Of a stretch of DNA of 42,742 nucleotides, positions 27,209 through 36,000 are shown one piece after another. Position numbers and translations under genes: made by a program. Below the pieces are notes generated by a model that was not told the DNA's origin, did no database searches, and saw nothing but the letters and a program-made list of their open reading frames with translations. Numbering within the stretch: position 1 is the stretch's first letter; the number at the start of each line of letters is the position of its first letter. Source of the stretch: a virus (lineage: Duplodnaviria; Caudoviricetes). The DNA is taken from the IMG/VR virus record IMGVR_UViG_3300017655_000009, positions 1 to 42,742 of that record; one strand, written 5' to 3'.

Positions 27209-28003
27209 TTATGCTTCTACGTCATGAATATCGTTGTAGATTGCAAGAACCAACCGGATCATATCTTTCTTGGACCAGCGATCACGTTTCTTCGACAGAT
27301 CAAGCTCGCTCGCATGTTTCTTAACGAGCTTCTTGCCTTTCTTGCCTTTGCTGAATGCGTCGATGGATTTGACGATTGCTTCTTTCTTGACGTCTTCCAT
27401 CACGTCTTCGGATTGATTGATCAGCAGTGCAATACGGTCGATTGCGAACTTCTGATCGGCAGCTTCGAGCTTTTCCAATCCTTTGATGTTGATTTGGCAG
27501 GTGTCTTTGACGAAATCGCGCAGGCCTTTTACCATAGCCTTGCCGCGTTTGGACTTCTTGACTTTCTTGCCTTTGATTTCTTTGGACACGATCTTGACGG
27601 CCTTGAGATATTGCTTGACCTTGATCGTCTTCATACCGAATTTCTTCTTCATGTGCTTTGCAAATACTTGCATATAGCCGAGTTCGAACTCTTCATCAGT
27701 GCAGACGAAGATCGGCATATATTTCTTCTCGTTGAACGACCGTGCGATCGTATACAATAAGAATTCGTTTTGGTATGTTTTCAGACTTGCCTTGTATTCT
27801 TTCAGGAAATCTTTCTTCGATGCGTCGCCGGTAACAACAGCATTGATTTGGTCTTGCGGCGGGAACAATGTGGTGAAGTTGTTATCACCACTTACGTCTT
27901 CGAGGTTAAGCTCGTTGGACAGGACATATACATAGGCGTTCGCCAGTGCCTTTTCGCCCTTTTCCATGATTTTTGCGAATTGCGATTGATTGATTACCAA
28001 CAT
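27209..28003 (-). CDS. Lys-rich hypothetical protein; N-terminal half weakly DUF488-like
   Basis: SD AAGGGAG; LFPP...F..EY..L...IFVC pattern (family call weak); GC-richer codons. Confidence 0.75.
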   Translation of the reverse strand: MLVINQSQFAKIMEKGEKALANAYVYVLSNELNLEDVSGDNNFTTLFPPQDQINAVVTGDASKKDFLKEYKASLKTYQNEFLLYTIARSFNEKKYMPIFVCTDEEFELGYMQVFAKHMKKKFGMKTIKVKQYLKAVKIVSKEIKGKKVKKSKRGKAMVKGLRDFVKDTCQINIKGLEKLEAADQKFAIDRIALLINQSEDVMEDVKKEAIVKSIDAFSKGKKGKKLVKKHASELDLSKKRDRWSKKDMIRLVLAIYNDIHDVEA

Positions 28004-28045
28004 TTTTCAACATCTCCCTTTTAAAATTAGATGAATTGTTTGAAT

Positions 28046-28057
28046 TACCAATATGTT
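28046..28057 (-). promoter_or_regulatory. Late-type promoter AACA-TATTGG-TA
   Basis: Exact AACA-N6-TA match. Confidence 0.65.
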
Positions 28058-28090
28058 TCAAACGTATTATTTTAAAATACGCTGGAAGCC

Positions 28091-29638
28091 TTAATCGTTG
28101 TGGTCATGATCTTCGCGTTCGGTGTAGTCTTCCTCTTCCTGTTCTTCATCACCAAAGTACGATTCCTCGTAGTCTCTGTTGAATTCAGTTAAAGGTTGAA
28201 TTGTCATGCGAGATACAATCAGCTCGGTTTCATCATCGCAGTCGATCTGCGTGATTTTTTCAATGTGCGATTTCAGATCGATATGAACTACAACATCGCC
28301 GTGAGACATTACAACCCAAGGATCTTTCTGCAGGTTTTCGTACTGGAATGCAATGTGCAATTCGTTGTCGTTGGATTCGATGATTTCAATACCGGATTCC
28401 TTGCAGAGTGTATGAACTTTGCTGGATTCCGTTCCATCGTCTTCATCTTCCAATTTCGTTTTGATATCTTCAATAGCTTCAGCGAGTCCGGGAAATCTTG
28501 CAAAGAACAGATTCCTGATCAATTTGTCAGATTCCTCGGTTTTATCAGTATTAATAAGTTCAAACGCCTTCGACAGATCGAGAAGCTGCTTTTGCTCCTT
28601 TTCCACCTCATCATTAGGCTTAAGAACATCAATACCTCTTGGGGTTGAATGATAAACAGATTGCGGCTTCCTCTCTTGTTGCGGTCGAGGTGTCACCGAC
28701 TGTACACGTTGTTGTGGTGGTTCAGATTTCGGCTTAGGAACACTGACATTTTCTTCAGTGGTGCCGGAAAGTTTCTGCATCTTGCTCAGAATACTGTTTT
28801 TATTCACTTCAGAATCTCCTTCCTTATTAGTATCAGTTTTATTAGATAATACCACATATTGTTTCAATGCGGTTCTATCACGGTGTTTAGTGAAATTCTT
28901 GTAGAATTCATCAAGTTCCTTAGAGGCTTTATACTTAGGAAGCTTTTCAGGAGTTGCATATTTAGATTCAGTATATCCTTCAAGAACGACGTCGATTTTA
29001 AACACATTACCACACTCATTACATTCGAGCATAGTAAAGTTTTTATTGTACTTCAATCGACCTTTACAGTATTTCTTCTTATCCCCATCTTCTTTATATC
29101 GAACATGAGGGCAACTGAAATTACCTTGAGATTTCAGAGCGACATAACCGAAGTCGATAATCCGAATCCGACCTTTTCTATCGACTCCATAGTTCTTATG
29201 TTTATCTAGGCCAAGGTCGATAAGAATGAAACCTTCCTTGTCCAGTTTTTCCAGCATGTTGCGAATTTTCTTTTTGGTTTCCTTTTTCTGAAAGAAGTCA
29301 TAGTCGATAGTCGGACATTTTTCTTCAATCAGAATCAGACCTTCTTCGTCAAGCTCAGAGCAGGATGCGAACTCCTCGCTCAAGCTTGCTTTGTGATATT
29401 CGTTAAGGTTATCCAAGATACCTTGAGGATCGAAGCCGATTTTGAATACGACTCTCGGATAATCCTTATGTGTATAGCAGATCCGGTTAGTGCCGGAATC
29501 CAACGGTTTCAAGCCGTGTTTCTTCATAAGCTTTTCAATTTTATCCGCTTTTTCGGGATAATTCATCGAGGATTCTGCCCATTTAAGAATCTTCTCAAAT
29601 GCTTCCTCGTCGAACAGATCACGCAATATTTTTCCCAT
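28091..29638 (-). CDS. Ser/Thr protein kinase-like protein with Zn ribbon and acidic C-terminal domain
   Basis: LDSGTNRICY, VFKI, NLNEY, IDL...KNYG and IIDFGY; CPH...CKG...CNEC. Confidence 0.75.
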   Translation of the reverse strand: MGKILRDLFDEEAFEKILKWAESSMNYPEKADKIEKLMKKHGLKPLDSGTNRICYTHKDYPRVVFKIGFDPQGILDNLNEYHKASLSEEFASCSELDEEGLILIEEKCPTIDYDFFQKKETKKKIRNMLEKLDKEGFILIDLGLDKHKNYGVDRKGRIRIIDFGYVALKSQGNFSCPHVRYKEDGDKKKYCKGRLKYNKNFTMLECNECGNVFKIDVVLEGYTESKYATPEKLPKYKASKELDEFYKNFTKHRDRTALKQYVVLSNKTDTNKEGDSEVNKNSILSKMQKLSGTTEENVSVPKPKSEPPQQRVQSVTPRPQQERKPQSVYHSTPRGIDVLKPNDEVEKEQKQLLDLSKAFELINTDKTEESDKLIRNLFFARFPGLAEAIEDIKTKLEDEDDGTESSKVHTLCKESGIEIIESNDNELHIAFQYENLQKDPWVVMSHGDVVVHIDLKSHIEKITQIDCDDETELIVSRMTIQPLTEFNRDYEESYFGDEEQEEEDYTEREDHDHND

Positions 29639-29683
29639 CTCTTTTTTCTTCCCTTCTATATAATTATATTCTAATTCTCCATA

Positions 29684-29697
29684 GTAATAATATATAT
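29684..29697 (-). promoter_or_regulatory. Early-type promoter ATATATATTATTAC
   Basis: Near-exact consensus copy upstream of the kinase. Confidence 0.7.
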
Positions 29698-29716
29698 TCC
29701 TCTGGAGATTGGATAT

Positions 29717-29827
29717 CTAGTAGGTGATAATATTGAGCTTTGCTCGATCTCCAAGATGTTCAGTTACATTTCTCCCTTGAGTTAGAGGTATAACTTTTCT
29801 TACTCTGGTAGTTAATTTAGTCGTCAT
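29717..29827 (-). CDS. Possible 36-aa peptide
   Basis: Start overlaps the end of 29817..30440; MTTKLTTRVRKVIPLTQGRNVTEHLGDRAKLNIITY; no clear SD. Confidence 0.3.
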   Translation of the reverse strand: MTTKLTTRVRKVIPLTQGRNVTEHLGDRAKLNIITY

Positions 29828-30440
29828 AGCCATGCATGTTTACATAACCAGATTTTACCCAGAATGAATCCATAACTTCTTGGTTAACAGTTTCATTCTT
29901 CATAAGTTCAGATTGAAAATTCTTGAGTGTGCAGTCAAGTTCAACAGCAGCATCTTTCTTTTCCTTCTCAACTATCTTCTTCAGATACTTTCTATAGTCT
30001 TTCTTATCTAACAGAGTTTGATCATAAGCTTCAGGATTCAATAAATACAATAATCCTTTGCTTCCTTTGAGGATATTCTTAACCTTTCTTTTGCGTTTCT
30101 TCTGGAACTTTTGCTTTTTCTTCAATTGCTCCACGGCACCAGAAAGGGTTTTACTAGATTTCATATCATAAGTAATTTCTTCAGAATCCCTTTTCTTACT
30201 ATGCTTCTCCAGAGCCGATTCCCTGTCATAATCCTCTTGACCGAGAATATATTTCAGGAACGATTTCTTCCTTTCATCGGATAGAGATTTATAATATCTC
30301 TTAACCGGCTTAGATAATTTCGATACCAGAAATTCCTCTCTAGTAACGTATTTGTTATTCTTGTAGAGGTTCTTCTCCATCTTTTCAATATTTTTCTTTA
30401 ACGATTTTTTGAATTTTTTATCTTTATTTTTCTTCCCCAT
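29817..30440 (-). CDS. Very basic Lys-rich hypothetical protein
   Basis: SD AAAGGAG; 207 aa. Confidence 0.8.
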   Translation of the reverse strand: MGKKNKDKKFKKSLKKNIEKMEKNLYKNNKYVTREEFLVSKLSKPVKRYYKSLSDERKKSFLKYILGQEDYDRESALEKHSKKRDSEEITYDMKSSKTLSGAVEQLKKKQKFQKKRKRKVKNILKGSKGLLYLLNPEAYDQTLLDKKDYRKYLKKIVEKEKKDAAVELDCTLKNFQSELMKNETVNQEVMDSFWVKSGYVNMHGYDD

Positions 30441-30453
30441 ATCGTTCTCCTTT

Positions 30454-31149
30454 CTAAGCTAGATTTTCATCCAGACAATCACCTGCGAGTTTGTCTACAT
30501 GCTTATTATATATAAGCAGTCGCAGTAACTCTTCATTTTGAATTATGATTTTATTTTTCTTATAGAAAGTCTCCTTAGCTTCTTTAAATTTTTTATTTGT
30601 ATAGATATCTTCAGGGATATCCAATGTCAAATCAGGATCTTTATGACGATTTACAAAATAATACTTAATATCTTTAAGATAATCAGAATATAGTTTCAGA
30701 TCAATCTTATGAGAATTTATGTGATAGAATTTCATTATAAACTTATCATTTGTAAGATAATTCTTATGAATTTCTTTAAAGATTTCTTGATTAGAAACTA
30801 CTTCACCGGAAGAGTTGTATAAAACTCCTTTACGTGCTCGTTTTAACCATTTATATATCCAGTCTCTACAGGTTTCTACAGTATTAAGAGAATCTGCATA
30901 TACATCAATGTATACACCATTCTCCTTAAATTTTTCATCAACTCGATCGACCATTTTGTCGATTTCATTCATACCTATTAATATAGCAGACGCTTCAGCG
31001 AGGTTATTAGTTCCTTTTTCATAAAATTCGGTTCCTTGTTTGATCATCCTATCACTAATATAAACTGCAAATGACGAAGCACTTGACCGTATATCCCCAT
31101 CAATGAAGGATGAGCCATCTGTAAATAGCTCTAACTTCAATTTGATCAT
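30454..31149 (-). CDS. rnhA: Ribonuclease HI
   Basis: FTDGS, TNNLAE, YADS, HINSH and NKHVDKLA. Confidence 0.88.
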   Translation of the reverse strand: MIKLKLELFTDGSSFIDGDIRSSASSFAVYISDRMIKQGTEFYEKGTNNLAEASAILIGMNEIDKMVDRVDEKFKENGVYIDVYADSLNTVETCRDWIYKWLKRARKGVLYNSSGEVVSNQEIFKEIHKNYLTNDKFIMKFYHINSHKIDLKLYSDYLKDIKYYFVNRHKDPDLTLDIPEDIYTNKKFKEAKETFYKKNKIIIQNEELLRLLIYNKHVDKLAGDCLDENLA

Positions 31150-31172
31150 CCTTTCTTTCGGATTTATCTAAA

Positions 31173-31186
31173 ATAATTATATATAT
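31173..31186 (-). promoter_or_regulatory. Early-type promoter variant ATATATATAATTAT
   Basis: One mismatch to consensus. Confidence 0.6.
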
Positions 31187-31210
31187 TTCTACTGAAATAG
31201 TAAAAAGAAT

Positions 31211-31240
31211 TCTCATATACAGATTGTCCTGTATATGAGA
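31211..31240 (-). terminator. Intrinsic terminator
   Basis: 12-bp stem followed by U tract on minus strand. Confidence 0.8.
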
Positions 31241-31255
31241 TTGTTTAAAATGAAA

Positions 31256-32974
31256 TTAATATTTAAAGGCGTTACGTATAGACTGCACAAATCTATCTTC
31301 AATGTTACCGATGACATTGGCAGGTATATCAAGAAACTTATTAACTTTACTTGATATAAATAAATTCAACTTACGAGATACGTCAGGCTCGTTAAGGTTA
31401 ATAGCAGCAAAGTTTGCCAAGAAATCTAATAGACCAATATTATTTACAAAGAGTGCATAGTTATTGGAATCATTTACAGACATGGCATTATATAAGCTAC
31501 GAATAGTAAGAGATACTTGAACCTCTAGGGGGAGTCCATTTCTGGACATCGAATCCCCAGATCCGAATCTATTAATAGAAATATAGTCGACAATACCCAT
31601 ATCACAGTTAAATACACCCTTAGCATTTGCTTGAACTAGGAAAGGTGCATAGTAACCATTTGGTCCCAACTGACGAGGGAATGCCAATGCTATAATCATG
31701 TTAAGAGGGGCCATAACGTTTAAGAAGAATGCTTCTGGATCTCCATATGGAGAATGAAGATGAATGTCCAAAGTAAATGATCTATTGAAAGCCGATTCCG
31801 ACCAGATTTCAGGGAGAGTCATATTTGCCCCAGTAATAACAGTTCTAAATCCAACGTTAAGGTTATTCATAATACCCTTCATCATACCGATATTAGGATT
31901 ATCCTTATCATTGAAGTTTTCCATCATCATTTGAGTAGTATTCATAATTTGAGTCTCATAATTTTCAGGATTCATAGAGTCCAGTTGTTTACCTGCACCG
32001 ATACCCATTAAGAAGGATGCTTCCCTAGCAGCACCAGACGCTTTATTAAGAATTCCATCTAACATGGATTTTGTAGTGGAGTTAGAGCCAGATTCACTCA
32101 TACCAGAAGATTGCTTATTATAATAAAGAGACATTACACCACTTTCTCTAGCCCAGTTAAATACACCACTACCTTTATCGGCTTCAACACCTTTAGCTTC
32201 CCAGTTCATCCATTGATATGTGTCAGATCCAGGTCGTATTTGTTTATCCTTAATTCCAAGATAGATAGCAGATGTTCTGTTTAATGCATTTACAATTTTC
32301 AGCCATTCAGCATGTTGAGTTTGAAAGGAGTAGTATCTAGCAACTTTCCCTTCAAGAACTTGAGTTAATGTGGCTTCAATAGATTCAATCGATTGCTTAG
32401 CAGCAGATTCAATAACTTTGATTAATGAACCTCTGGTTTGATCTGTAACACCTTTACCGGTTAGAAATCTTGGACCACCAGGGATAATATGACATATAGG
32501 CATATCCAATAATACATTTTCCGTAAACATTCTACCAAAATTGGAGCCAGTTGGACGCATATCAGCAGTCCAAAGGAATTGGCTAGGTAGTCCGTATATG
32601 GTACGTAAAGAAACTAATTTAAAATCAGACATTTCAGAATAGTTTGCATAAATACTTTTTATTTGCTCAAGATTGATAGTTGAATCATCATTAGCTTGAT
32701 CTGGATTAGCAGCAGTTTCTTCAATAGTTTGAGATTGTGCTATTTGGTTAGGCGGTGCATCGTCAGAAATCTTTTCCATATAAGTATTAGATGCAGACTG
32801 AGCAGAAGACCATCCTAAACTATGCTGAACCCATGTACGACCATCAGCATCTTTCTCTACAGATATTGAAGTTACAACTTGGTTTTTACTTAAAGTGGCA
32901 CCAGCTCCTTTTGCTTCTAAGCTTGGCCCTGTCCGAACATTTAAGGCATCCGCGAGAACTTTATATTCTGCCAT
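31256..32974 (-). CDS. SH3b-domain baseplate/tail-tube initiator-like protein (T4 gp48-like fold)
   Basis: ADALNVRTGPS...GWSS (SH3b); LPEIW...RSFTLDIHL...GLPLEVQVSLTI; follows the TMP gene. Confidence 0.65.
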   Translation of the reverse strand: MAEYKVLADALNVRTGPSLEAKGAGATLSKNQVVTSISVEKDADGRTWVQHSLGWSSAQSASNTYMEKISDDAPPNQIAQSQTIEETAANPDQANDDSTINLEQIKSIYANYSEMSDFKLVSLRTIYGLPSQFLWTADMRPTGSNFGRMFTENVLLDMPICHIIPGGPRFLTGKGVTDQTRGSLIKVIESAAKQSIESIEATLTQVLEGKVARYYSFQTQHAEWLKIVNALNRTSAIYLGIKDKQIRPGSDTYQWMNWEAKGVEADKGSGVFNWARESGVMSLYYNKQSSGMSESGSNSTTKSMLDGILNKASGAAREASFLMGIGAGKQLDSMNPENYETQIMNTTQMMMENFNDKDNPNIGMMKGIMNNLNVGFRTVITGANMTLPEIWSESAFNRSFTLDIHLHSPYGDPEAFFLNVMAPLNMIIALAFPRQLGPNGYYAPFLVQANAKGVFNCDMGIVDYISINRFGSGDSMSRNGLPLEVQVSLTIRSLYNAMSVNDSNNYALFVNNIGLLDFLANFAAINLNEPDVSRKLNLFISSKVNKFLDIPANVIGNIEDRFVQSIRNAFKY

Positions 32975-33002
32975 TATTTCACCTTCCTAATCTATTCATT
33001 AT

Positions 33003-33014
33003 TAATTAGAGGTT
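33003..33014 (-). promoter_or_regulatory. Late-type promoter AACC-TCTAAT-TA
   Basis: Fits RACH-N6-TR directly after the TMP terminator. Confidence 0.6.
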
Positions 33015-33026
33015 TTGAAAATAAAA

Positions 33027-33052
33027 AGAGGATGGATATTAATCCATCCTCT
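33027..33052 (-). terminator. Terminator after TMP
   Basis: 11-bp stem followed by U tract on minus strand. Confidence 0.85.
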
Positions 33053-33062
33053 CATACAGGAA

Positions 33063-36000
33063 TTACATAAAAGTACCTTTAGCAATTTGGGCAACCACAG
33101 AACTCTTATCGTTACGTTTAGTAGCCGATCCACCAACAGGGTTGGATGGAGTTGGCGATGTATTAGCAACGATTGGTTTGGATTGCTTAGGTTGTTTGGA
33201 AGTAGGATATTGCTTAGAGATATTTCCAAAATATGCTTTAAGGATTTCTTTAGATTCATCAGAGATGTCAACCAATTTCTCAATACCATTTGCAATAACA
33301 GTCAGAAGTTCAATCATCTTCACAAAATATGTTTCATTGGAATCTTTAGTATTATTGTCTACAACGTCTTGAACTCTTTGAGTGTATTGAGTGATATCAG
33401 GAGGACCAAACTTGTTATCATATGCAGGATCACCACCGCCGGATTCGTTCAGCCAAGCTGGTACGTTTATTCCGGTAGTATTAAGAGCTTTAGAACCACC
33501 CGATCCACCACCAAACTCGGAAGATATATACTTACCGAGATTAGGGTTAGGAGTCATAGGAGTACCATAGATAGGCATCAATTCATCTCTAGATCTTCCA
33601 TAAAGCTTAGTTTCAATTGGTTCAAAGTGCCAAGGCTCCCAATCCATAGGACGGTATAAGCCATATTTGGCAAGTTCACTTACAGAAAGTTGTTGAATCC
33701 AGCCACTAATATCAGCAGCGATACCTACAGCATGGTTACTTCTGCCAGGGTCTGCTACCCATTTCTTACGTTCGGCCTCAGATGCACCAGGGTGTTCAGC
33801 TTTCCATTTAGCAATAAGTTCTAATTGTTCAGCATCAGATCTGTGACCAGAGTTAATGCTAAGAGGTTTTCCATATGCTTTAGCGAGATTATTCAAACGT
33901 TCAGCAACGAATTCATGAACGTCGTTATCTCCAGTTACCATGGAATAGTTAGAGGAGTTTCTGCTTTTGACAGCATTAATTTCAGAATTAGTATAAGTTT
34001 TAGTAGCAGCATTGTAATCTCCGCCAGCAGCTCCAACTGCACCACCAGACATAATAGCGGCGTAGAATGGATCGGATTTCTTCATCAATTCTTTATCAAG
34101 AGAGCTAGTAAATTCAGAAGGGTCGAAGCCATACATTTCTTTAACTTTATCACCACCAAGGAATGTTCCCATAGCACCAAGAGTCGAAGCCATAGTATAT
34201 TCCTTAAGTCCACCGGAAGTTGCAGCATTAACACCTGCGCCTGCACCACTGGTTGCTCCAAGCATTGCATAATCTACGGATGACATCTTAGAAGGATCGA
34301 CTACATCCTTAAGATCCATTCCTGTATTTTCTTTAAGATTTCTCAAAACTTTTTGCAGATATTCAGAACCGTGTCCAGCTCCATAGCCACCATTATCATT
34401 AACGCCAATACCCTTTTGAACATTGCCAGGGCCGACGTTATATGCAAGAATAGCTTTAGCGCCATCACCATTAAACATATCAAACATTTGACGGAGATAT
34501 GCGATGGACATAGTAGCATTAGTATTTTTATCAAATGCCATATCATGATTATAACTGCCAAGTTTCAGAGTCTTTTCATAGATACCTTTAGCTGTACCTT
34601 CAAGCAATTGCCCCCAACCTCTAGCAGACGAGGAGGAATTGGCTGCTTTTGAATACAGATGACTTTCAGTTTCAGCAAGTGCCAACCACAAGTGTGGATT
34701 GATACCGAATTTATCAGCGATAGATTTAATCATACCAAGATCAGATGCAGTAGCATCAGTTCCAGAGATAGCACCATTTATTGCATACGAAAGGTCATTT
34801 CGTCTGTCAAATGTAGGATCGCCACCACCTTTTTCATCAGCTACAGCCATAGAGTCAAGCCATCTAGACAGTTTGCTACCAGCTTTTCTTGTATCGTCAC
34901 CAATACTTTCACCAGTGCTTTCCATTGCTTCTTTAGCAGATTTACCACGATCGCCGAAGATATTATCCCACATATCTCCAACCCAAGTTGTAGTTTTGTT
35001 CCAGAGATTCTTCATACCAGTTCCAAAGTTTTTCAGCGGGCTAACAATCCAATCATTCCATTTTTCACCAATCCAATCGCCCACACCAACAAATCCTTCT
35101 CTGATGGCTCCGAGAGCACGGCTAATAGGTTTAGCAATCCAAGAATCCCATTTTTGTCCAACCCAATCACCTATAGTTTTAAAACTATCTCCAACGAATC
35201 CTACAAATTCTTTAACAGGTTCTGGTACATATTCTTCCCATACTTCTCCGAGCCATGTTTTAGCAGCAGTCCATTTTTCAGATACGAAGTTTCCAAATTT
35301 TTCTAGTGGATCAACAATCCAGCTATTCCATTTTTCGCCAATCCATTCTTTGGAAGTATTCCAAGCTTCTTTAATCCACTCACCAAAATCTTTAACAGGT
35401 TGTACTATCCAAGAATCCCATTTTTCAGCAACCCAGTCTTTAGCTTTACCCCAAGAATCTTTAATCCATTCACCGAATTTCTTAACAGGTTCTACAATCC
35501 AAGAATCCCATTTTTCAGAAACAAATTTCGTGAATTTCTTCCAGAGTCGTCCAGTTAATGCGCCGAGAGATTTAAGAACTTCTGCTCCAGCATCATACAC
35601 ACCAGACAATATTTCAGAAGTCATATTTACAAATCCAGTAGTCAAGTTTCTAACAGTTTCCACAGGAGCACTGTTCCAGAAAGCAGAAGCAGTGTCTACA
35701 GTGAAGTTCTTAATTTGACCATATTTCTCCTTAGTCCAATCAGCTATTTCATCTTTCTTTTCATAAAGTTTACGAACTCCAGCTTCACCAAGGAAGGCTC
35801 CAGCGACACCACCAACAAGTCCACCAACTACAGTACCAGCACCAGGTACAATGGAACCACCTAATGCCCCAAGTCCAGCACCAGCAGCGATACCACCACC
35901 TATACCTCCAAGTGTACCCCAAATACTTTTCTTAGCACTATCTCTTTCTTCTTCAGTATTTGCTTTAGATAAGTTGTATGCACTCATACCAAGTGTTCCT

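Noticed and set aside
34974-35513. Periodic DNA repeats resembling a CRISPR array
   Set aside because: The 90-nt period is in frame and degenerate at synonymous sites, so these are coding repeats; no cas operon is present.
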